Shown piece by piece: positions 54,516 to 60,623 of a stretch of 64,000 nt of DNA; position 1 is the first letter of the stretch, and each line of letters begins with the position of its first letter. Location: contig CAZABB010000003.1 of the NCBI GenBank assembly GCA_964483625.1, positions 21,895 to 85,894 of the forward strand, read 5' to 3'. The translations under genes and the position numbers were made by a program. A model generated the notes under the pieces. The model had not been told where the DNA came from. It ran no database searches and was given only the letters and a program-made list of their open reading frames with translations. This DNA is from an uncultured Planctomycetia bacterium. Its GTDB lineage: Bacteria; Omnitrophota; Gorgyraeia; Duberdicusellales; 4484-171.

Positions 54516-54683
54516 AACGCCGGACCGCGTTAGGATTCTGGGAAGAAATACACCCGGCCCTGGCTCAGATCATCATCGACAAAGTGAGGCGGAAGATCAA
54601 TCGTTCGCTTTCCTGAGGTATCCGGCTGGATCGCGTATTGCCCGCCATTGCCCGATAGCGGTGGTAATTTTACTCTTTCCAGT

Positions 54684-54703
54684 TTGTCTCGTTATGATAT
54701 AAT
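54684..54703 (+). promoter_or_regulatory. Candidate sigma70-type promoter for hisI (extended -10 TGATATAAT), followed by an SD
   Basis: tgatataat at 54695-54703 with a poorly spaced TTGTCT upstream. SD AAAGGAGG at about 54718-54725 and ATG at 54736. Confidence 0.3.
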
Positions 54704-54735
54704 TCCCTTTAAAACAGAAAGGAGGCACCAGCAAA

Positions 54736-55065
54736 ATGGATGAGATTAAGTCAGTGTCGGATCTGAAATTCGACGAAAAAGGGTTAATTCCCGCCATTAT
54801 TCAGGATATAAACAGCGGCGATGTTTTAATGGTTGGGTATATGAATAAAGAGTCGTTACAGATGACGCTTGAGGAGAGGCGTACGTGCTTCTGGTCCCGG
54901 TCGCGGCAGAAATTCTGGCGCAAAGGAGAGACCTCCGGCCACGTACAGCGTGTGAAAGAAATATATTACGATTGTGACGGCGATGCTCTTCTGATCAAGG
55001 TCGAGCAGACCGGGGTTGCCTGTCATACCGGTCAGTGGAGCTGTTTCTATAGGAAATTAATATAA
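54736..55065 (+). CDS. hisI: Phosphoribosyl-AMP cyclohydrolase (monofunctional HisI)
   Basis: 109 aa. LIPAIIQD...[12 protein letters not shown]...[20 protein letters not shown]...[26 protein letters not shown] are all HisI hallmarks. Strong SD. Confidence 0.9.
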   Translation: MDEIKSVSDLKFDEKGLIPAIIQDINSGDVLMVGYMNKESLQMTLEERRTCFWSRSRQKFWRKGETSGHVQRVKEIYYDCDGDALLIKVEQTGVACHTGQWSCFYRKLI

Positions 55066-55285
55066 GGGATTACAGTGATTAGGATTTCGTCGTGCGCACC
55101 GCGCATCGCGTACTGCGTAAGAATACAATGATAGAGAGAAAATGCTAATACGCGTTTAGTTCTTTTGCGCGATACGTAATACTCAATACGTAATACGGAC
55201 ATTATCAGTGATCATCTGTATGAAGAGATTACAATGATCATTCTGAATGTGATTACGGTGATTAAAGACAGCGGTCATCTGCGGA
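55066..55285 (+). promoter_or_regulatory. Repeat-dense hisI-trpE intergenic region. Candidate operator/leader for trpE
   Basis: At least 4 copies of GATTAC[AG][AG]TGAT[TC], at 55068-80, about 55200-12 (degenerate), 55227-39 and 55251-63. Two copies of ATACGTAATAC, each with a palindromic TACGTA core, at 55172-82 and 55186-96. An 8-bp palindrome GTGCGCAC at about 55092-99. Confidence 0.3.
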
Positions 55286-56764
55286 ATGTATAACATGAAT
55301 ATTAAACCTAGTTTAAAAGAATTTTTAAAAATCCCTAAGGGAAAGAATCTGGTGGTATTTTCCTGCACGTTCAGCTGCGATTACCTTACTCCCGTATCGC
55401 TCTATGATAATTTGCGGCGTACGGTTAAAGGTGACGGTTTCCTGCTTGAGTCGGTAGAAGGCCAGGAGAAGATATCCCGCTATTCTTTTATCGGAGCGCA
55501 TCCTTTGCTTACGTTTAAAAGTTTCGGCAAAAAAATAATCATCGAAGGTATCACTCCTAAACAATTCACCACTAAAACCGATCCGCTTTCGGAATTAAAA
55601 AAGCTGATGGACCAGTTTCGTGTCTGGCCTAAAGAGCACCTGCGGTTTTTCGGCGGCTTTATCGGGTATGTGGGGTACGATTATGTTAAATTCTGCGAAC
55701 CGGTGGGAACCGATCTTCCCGACACGATCAAGAGCCCCGATCTCCATTTTATCTTACCTAAATATCTTATTATATTCGATCACGTCAAAAAAGAGATCGA
55801 AGTACTTTCCTTTCTGATCTTGAAGGGAAAGGCGACGAAATCGCTTTATCAGAAAGAATTGAGATCTTTAGACAGGCTTATTTCCCGTATTACCTCAGCC
55901 GGCAGGCTCAAACCGCTGGAATTGAAGAAAAAGCGCCGGTATGCGTTCAAATCGAATTTTACCAAAAAGAAATTTACCGATGCCGTTAAAAAGGCGAAAA
56001 AGCTCATTCGCGAAGGAGAGATCATCCAGGTGGTCCTCTCCCAGAGATTACGCGTTGATTTTAAGAAAGATCCGTTTATGGTGTACCGGTACTTGCGGAT
56101 ACTCAATCCTTCGCCGTACATGTACTATCTGGATTTTAAAGATACCAGGATCGCCGGGGCATCGCCGGAGATGCTTCTGCGGTGTGAAGACAAAAAACTT
56201 ATTACCCGGCCGATTGCCGGTACCCGCAAACGGGGGAAAGATGAAGCTGAGGATCAGCGTCTGGCAAAGGATTTGCTCAATGATCCCAAGGAGCGTGCCG
56301 AACATATCATGCTGGTCGACCTTTCCCGCAATGACCTGGGGCGGGTCGCCCGTAAAGCAAGCGTAGAAGTGCCTGTGTTTATGAAGATTGAACGATTTTC
56401 CCACGTTATGCATATCGTCAGCGAAACTACAGCAATACTCGATAAAAAGCATGATATGTTTACAGCTCTGCGGGCCTGTTTCCCCGCCGGAACGTTAAGC
56501 GGCGCGCCCAAAGTCCGGGCGATGCAGATCATTAATGATCTTGAGCCCCAAAAACGGGGGATTTATGGGGGAGCCATCGGATATTTTTCCTTCACAAACG
56601 CGCTCGATACCTGTATAATAATCCGCACTGTCGTATTCAAAGGCAAAAAAGCCTATGTCCAGGCCGGAGCGGGAATTGTCGCCGATTCGGTCCCGGAAAA
56701 AGAATATCAGGAAACATTGAACAAAGCGAAAGCGCAACTCATTGCGCTGGAGATGGTTGAATGA
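55286..56764 (+). CDS. trpE: Anthranilate synthase component I
   Basis: 492 aa. N-terminal Trp-feedback motif GFLLESVEGQEKISRYSFIG (LLES...RYS). Also NPSPYMYYLDF, GAIGYFSF and AGAGIVADSVPEKEY, which are chorismate-binding enzyme signatures. An alternative start at ATG 55295 is possible. Confidence 0.8.
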   Translation: MYNMNIKPSLKEFLKIPKGKNLVVFSCTFSCDYLTPVSLYDNLRRTVKGDGFLLESVEGQEKISRYSFIGAHPLLTFKSFGKKIIIEGITPKQFTTKTDPLSELKKLMDQFRVWPKEHLRFFGGFIGYVGYDYVKFCEPVGTDLPDTIKSPDLHFILPKYLIIFDHVKKEIEVLSFLILKGKATKSLYQKELRSLDRLISRITSAGRLKPLELKKKRRYAFKSNFTKKKFTDAVKKAKKLIREGEIIQVVLSQRLRVDFKKDPFMVYRYLRILNPSPYMYYLDFKDTRIAGASPEMLLRCEDKKLITRPIAGTRKRGKDEAEDQRLAKDLLNDPKERAEHIMLVDLSRNDLGRVARKASVEVPVFMKIERFSHVMHIVSETTAILDKKHDMFTALRACFPAGTLSGAPKVRAMQIINDLEPQKRGIYGGAIGYFSFTNALDTCIIIRTVVFKGKKAYVQAGAGIVADSVPEKEYQETLNKAKAQLIALEMVE

Positions 56765-56777
56765 ATGCAGTCTCTAG

Positions 56778-56799
56778 TCGACAGTCTATAGTATATAAT
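56778..56799 (+). promoter_or_regulatory. Weak candidate promoter upstream of rpsP
   Basis: TATAAT at 56794-99 with TCGACA at 56778-83. The spacing is poor. The leader contains AGACTAACGACTAA twice (56827-40 and 56848-61), then SD AAAGGAGG at 56871-78. Confidence 0.2.
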
Positions 56800-56883
56800 A
56801 AAAATACGGCATGTTTTAATATTTACAGACTAACGACTAAAGACCATAGACTAACGACTAACGACGAGTAAAAGGAGGAACAC

Positions 56884-57168
56884 ATGTTAACAATTCGTCT
56901 GCAAAAACCGGGGAAATCAGTCAAACGGAGGTATCATTTCAGCATTGTTGTGATAGAAGGGAAGGCAGCCCGTGACGCGAGGTTCACCGACCGATTGGGT
57001 TACTACGATCCTTCTCATCAGCTTCTGCATATCGATCTGGAAAAGTATCAGCAATGGGTTAAAAAGGGCGCCCGTCCCTCAGCCACCGTAGCGAGTCTGT
57101 TTAAGAAGTTGACGAAAAAAACTGCGAAAACAAAAACAGAGAAAACGAAGGAAAAGGAAAAAGAATAA
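56884..57168 (+). CDS. rpsP: 30S ribosomal protein bS16
   Basis: MLTIRLQKPGKSVKRRYHFSIVV...RDARFTDRLGYYDP...GARPSATV, with a Lys-rich C-terminal tail. SD 6 nt upstream. Confidence 0.9.
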   Translation: MLTIRLQKPGKSVKRRYHFSIVVIEGKAARDARFTDRLGYYDPSHQLLHIDLEKYQQWVKKGARPSATVASLFKKLTKKTAKTKTEKTKEKEKE

Positions 57169-57190
57169 ACCATAAGTAAGGAGGAATATA

Positions 57191-57478
57191 ATGCAACCTG
57201 ACGCCAATGTCGCTATCGCCCAGTTTTTACCGCTGATTTTTCTTTTCGTCGTCTTTTACTTTCTGCTTATCCGTCCGCAGAAAAAGAAACAGGCTGAACA
57301 TAAAGCTCTCATCGAAGGACTCAATAAAAACGATGAGATCGTAACGGTCGGAGGGGTACACGGCACGGTAATCAATACCAAAGAGAAGACGTTCGTGATC
57401 CGGGTCGATGACAATGTGAAATTCGAAATCGATAAACAGAGTGTAGCCTATTTAAAAAAGAAACAGAATAATGGTTAA
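57191..57478 (+). CDS. yajC: Preprotein translocase subunit YajC
   Basis: A single N-terminal TM helix, FYFLLIRPQKKKQAEHKALIEGLNKNDEIVTVGGVHGTV. SD AAGGAGG. The 3' end overlaps the secDF start. Confidence 0.9.
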   Translation: MQPDANVAIAQFLPLIFLFVVFYFLLIRPQKKKQAEHKALIEGLNKNDEIVTVGGVHGTVINTKEKTFVIRVDDNVKFEIDKQSVAYLKKKQNNG

Positions 57479-59636
57479 TCCCAAAGATCTCAGATTCCGT
57501 CTCATCGGAATCCTCGGCATCATCTTCTTAAGTATCTTCTATATCTTCCCTTTAGGTGAGAAGATCAACCTCGGTTTGGACTTAAAAGGGGGGATGTATC
57601 TGGTGTTAAAGGTAGATACCTCCAAAGTTGCTCCCGATAAGGTGAACGATGCTACCGAAGTTGCTCTGGAGATCATTCGCAACCGTATCGATGAGTTCGG
57701 CGTTAAAGAGCCGACGATTCAGGTGCAGGGGAATAATTCTATCCTGGTACAACTGCCCGGTGAAGTCGATCGCGACCGGGCGATCAAGTTGATCGGTCAG
57801 ACGGCGTTTTTGGAATTCAAAATGGTCGAAGATGACCAGCAGAAACTCGATCAGGCGAAAGAAGGCGCCGTTCCCGCAGGGTATGAACTGAGCTCCTATG
57901 ATGGGAAACCGCTTTTACTTACCGAAGAAGCCCCGATTTCCGGCGCGGATGTCGCCAGCGCCCAGTCGAGTTTTGATTCCAATATGTTTCCTCTGGTGAC
58001 CCTGCAGTTTAATAGTGAGGGAGCCAAGAAGTTCGCTGCGGTAACCCGGGATAATGTAGGCAACCGTCTGGCCATTGTGCTTGATGGAGTAGTTAAAAGC
58101 GCTCCCGTGATTCGGGAGGCGATCGGAGCCGGTGAAGCTCAGATTACCGGCGATTTTACCGTACAGGAAGCGCAGGATCTGGCGTTGGTGTTACGGGCCG
58201 GGGCTCTCCCGGCGCCGCTGGTGATTGAGGAAGAACGTACCGTAGGGCCTCTTCTGGGGAGCGATTCTATTCGCCGCGGCGTTCAGTCGATCGCGGTGGG
58301 AGCGATTCTGGTAGCTATATTTATGCTCATCTATTATCTTCTCGGCGGGGTTGTAGCCTTGGCGTGTCTGGTGCTTGATCTCCTTTTTGTCATGGCGGGC
58401 TTGAGTTTCTTAAAAGCGACGCTGACGTTGCCGGGCATTGCCGGTATGATCTTAACGCTGGGGATGGCCGTAGATGCCAATGTCCTTATTTTCGAACGCA
58501 TTCGGGAAGAGCTTAATCAGGGTCGGCCTCTAAGTGTTGCGGTGAAGAACGGGTTTGACCGCTCCAAGCGGACGATTTTCGATGCCAACATTACTACATT
58601 GATTGCCGCGCTGTTTCTCTTCCGGTTCGGGACCGGGCCCATCCGGGGATTCGCCACGACTCTTTCTCTGGGTATTGTCGCCAGTATTTTTACCGCGGTT
58701 TTTATCGGCCGGACAATTTTTGCGATCCTCTTGAATACCAGGATAAAGAGGATGACCATGCTGCGGATTCTCAAGGACCCCAACATCAATTTCGTAAAAA
58801 TCAAAAACATATGTCTTATTGTTTCTTTGATTCTCATCGTTATCGGGGCCGTAAATTTCCAGTCCCGCGGCGACGATATGTACGGTATCGATTTTAAAGG
58901 CGGCCAGATCCTGCAATATCAGATTACGCCTGCGCCGGAGATCGAAGATGTGCGTGACGTTCTTGAGACCAATATTGAGCAAAAAGTAACGTTGCAGTCG
59001 TTTCGAGATATCGCCGGCGGCGTTATTATTAAAAGCAAAGAGGATATTACCGCTCAAGTCGAACAAACCCTCAATGAAAACTTCGCAGACGCACAGCGTC
59101 TGAGTATCGATACGATTGGTCCGGCGGTAGGGGAGATCCTGCGTACGAAAGCTCTCCTGGCGGTCACGCTGTCGCTTCTGGGCATATTGATCTACATCGC
59201 CTTCCGGTTCAAACATTTTGATTTCGCCTTTGCCGCGGTATGCGCGGTGTTTCACGATGTGTTGATCAGTATGGGGTTTCTTGCTTTGTTCGGATACGAA
59301 ATTAATCTTCTTACCATTACGGCACTGCTTACCCTTGCCGGATATTCGGTAAACGATACCATTGTCGTCTATGACCGGATACGGGAACTCTCTCCCAAAC
59401 TGTACAAGCTGCCGTTACCGGAGATCATCAATCGGGCCATTAATCAGACGCTTTCCCGTACGATCATAACCTCATTTACGACCATTGCGGTTGTCCTCTG
59501 TATCTTTATCTATGGGGGTGAAGCTCTGCGCGGATTTTCATTCACTCTGCTCGTCGGGTTTATGGTCGGGACTTACTCCTCGATATACATTGCGTCTCCT
59601 TTAGTTCTCTTTTTCCGTCGGGCCCGTCTCCACTAA
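57471..59636 (+). CDS. secDF: Fused protein translocase subunit SecDF
   Basis: 721 aa. A SecD periplasmic domain and 6 TM helices, then a SecF-type periplasmic domain and 6 TM helices. The start overlaps the yajC stop (ATGGTTAA). Confidence 0.9.
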   Translation: MVNPKDLRFRLIGILGIIFLSIFYIFPLGEKINLGLDLKGGMYLVLKVDTSKVAPDKVNDATEVALEIIRNRIDEFGVKEPTIQVQGNNSILVQLPGEVDRDRAIKLIGQTAFLEFKMVEDDQQKLDQAKEGAVPAGYELSSYDGKPLLLTEEAPISGADVASAQSSFDSNMFPLVTLQFNSEGAKKFAAVTRDNVGNRLAIVLDGVVKSAPVIREAIGAGEAQITGDFTVQEAQDLALVLRAGALPAPLVIEEERTVGPLLGSDSIRRGVQSIAVGAILVAIFMLIYYLLGGVVALACLVLDLLFVMAGLSFLKATLTLPGIAGMILTLGMAVDANVLIFERIREELNQGRPLSVAVKNGFDRSKRTIFDANITTLIAALFLFRFGTGPIRGFATTLSLGIVASIFTAVFIGRTIFAILLNTRIKRMTMLRILKDPNINFVKIKNICLIVSLILIVIGAVNFQSRGDDMYGIDFKGGQILQYQITPAPEIEDVRDVLETNIEQKVTLQSFRDIAGGVIIKSKEDITAQVEQTLNENFADAQRLSIDTIGPAVGEILRTKALLAVTLSLLGILIYIAFRFKHFDFAFAAVCAVFHDVLISMGFLALFGYEINLLTITALLTLAGYSVNDTIVVYDRIRELSPKLYKLPLPEIINRAINQTLSRTIITSFTTIAVVLCIFIYGGEALRGFSFTLLVGFMVGTYSSIYIASPLVLFFRRARLH

Positions 59637-59694
59637 CAAATCAAGAAGCAACTTAATGCCTATACGTATCTCATCCGCTCTTTACTACACAAAC

Positions 59695-59719
59695 AGGTGA
59701 CACCTAAAATGTATAGTTA
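59695..59719 (+). repeat. 25-bp direct repeat, left copy
   Basis: AGGTGACACCTAAAATGTATAGTTA. It ends 2 nt before the transposase ATG. Confidence 0.9.
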
Positions 59720-59721
59720 CC

Positions 59722-60591
59722 ATGGAATTATATGATTTAATTGAAAAAGGGAAAGTAAAGCGATACTTGAGTGCGAAAAACAAAGTAGTCTATCCAGGAG
59801 GCGTCTATCATATTACCCATCGGGCTCCTGGCCGGGAAGTCCTTTTTTTAGAGGATACGGATTATCTGCGTATGTTAGCATTATTAAAAAAAACGGCGCA
59901 AAAATTTCAATGGGATATTTTTGCTTTTGTCCTTATGAAAAATCATTTTCATGTTTTATTAAGAATAAAGGAAGCAAATCTTTCCCAAGGGATGAAGAAA
60001 CTATGTGAATCCTACGCGATGTCTTTCAATGCAAAATATGAAAGGAAGGGGAGCGTTTTTTCTCGTCCCTATCGTGCGGCGTTATGTGTTGATGATGTCT
60101 ATTTGCTCGCCATATCGTTATATATCCATCTTAATCCATTGAAGGCGAGGATTTGTGAATCGCTTGATGAGTATCGCTGGAGTTCTTTGGATCTTTATAA
60201 ACGAGATAAGAAAAAATCTTTTGTAAATGCTGATTCCGTATTAAATGTTTTATCCAATGATCGGACACTATCAACGAAGAAATATAAAAATTTACTTCAA
60301 CAGATGACCCAGTTAGAATTTAAAAACATTATCGAAAGGCCACGTTTTATTGAATTTTTCTGTGAAAAAACAAGGGGTTATTTACGTAAAAATAGTAATT
60401 TGAACGATAGAGTAGAGGAAGAGTTATTAAAATTTAAGGATAAAAAGAGATTACGAGAACCGAAGGAAATTCAAGCGCGGAAATATTTAATTGAACAGTT
60501 ACTGGCGAGAGGATATTCAGTTTTAGATATTGCTCGGCGATTAAATCTTACTCGTAAGGCAGTGTATGATATTATTAACTATACAAAATAG
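59722..60591 (+). CDS. REP-associated tyrosine transposase (IS200/IS605 TnpA-like HUH Y1 nuclease) with a C-terminal helix-turn-helix extension
   Basis: VYHITHRAPGREVLFLEDTDYLRMLALL...WDIFAFVLMKNHFHVLLRI is the HuH motif. ...GSVFSRPYRAALCVDDVYLLAISLYIHLNPLKA carries the catalytic Tyr region. The C-terminus is YLIEQLLARGYSVLDIARRLNLTRKAVYDII, an HTH. Confidence 0.75.
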   Translation: MELYDLIEKGKVKRYLSAKNKVVYPGGVYHITHRAPGREVLFLEDTDYLRMLALLKKTAQKFQWDIFAFVLMKNHFHVLLRIKEANLSQGMKKLCESYAMSFNAKYERKGSVFSRPYRAALCVDDVYLLAISLYIHLNPLKARICESLDEYRWSSLDLYKRDKKKSFVNADSVLNVLSNDRTLSTKKYKNLLQQMTQLEFKNIIERPRFIEFFCEKTRGYLRKNSNLNDRVEEELLKFKDKKRLREPKEIQARKYLIEQLLARGYSVLDIARRLNLTRKAVYDIINYTK

Positions 60592-60614
60592 GTGACACCT
60601 AAAATGTATAGTTA
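60590..60614 (+). repeat. 25-bp direct repeat, right copy. It overlaps the transposase stop codon
   Basis: AGGTGACACCTAAAATGTATAGTTA. Confidence 0.9.
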
Positions 60615-60623
60615 AGCGTTGAT

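Larger units (their letters stand above)
59695..60614 (+). mobile_element. RAYT / IS200-IS605-like Y1 transposase unit, bracketed by perfect 25-bp direct repeats
   Basis: Identical 25-mers at 59695-59719 and 60590-60614 flank a single tnpA-like ORF. Confidence 0.6.

Noticed and set aside
27-54515. Stop-codon reassignment or a pyrrolysine/selenocysteine readthrough organism as an explanation for the giant frame.
   Set aside because: The frame contains zero TAA, TAG and TGA, not just one class. Adjacent genes terminate with TGA (trpE), TAA (rpsP, yajC, secDF, hisI) and TAG (transposase). The MttB-like domains therefore have no in-frame amber codon and are of the non-Pyl type.
54371-54702. Two small + ORFs (81 and 77 aa) overlapping the 3' end of the giant ORF and the hisI promoter region.
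   Set aside because: No SD, no motifs. They overlap the giant ORF out of frame.
54516-54735. Rho-independent terminator after the giant ORF.
   Set aside because: Only a weak 4-bp stem (CCGC...GCGG) with a short T-run. Not convincing.
55066-55285. T-box riboswitch or trp attenuator upstream of trpE.
   Set aside because: No specifier-loop or T-box consensus. No Trp-codon-rich leader peptide. Only short DNA-level repeats, which are reported separately.
55941-56366. 141-aa + strand ORF in an alternate frame within trpE.
   Set aside because: The trpE frame carries all the conserved anthranilate synthase motifs. The overlapping frame is Arg/Ser-rich and shows no signal.
58530-59255. 241-aa minus-strand ORF inside secDF. 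A similar 163-aa ORF at 60612-61103 lies antisense to mfd.
   Set aside because: Antisense to well-supported genes. No domain signal.
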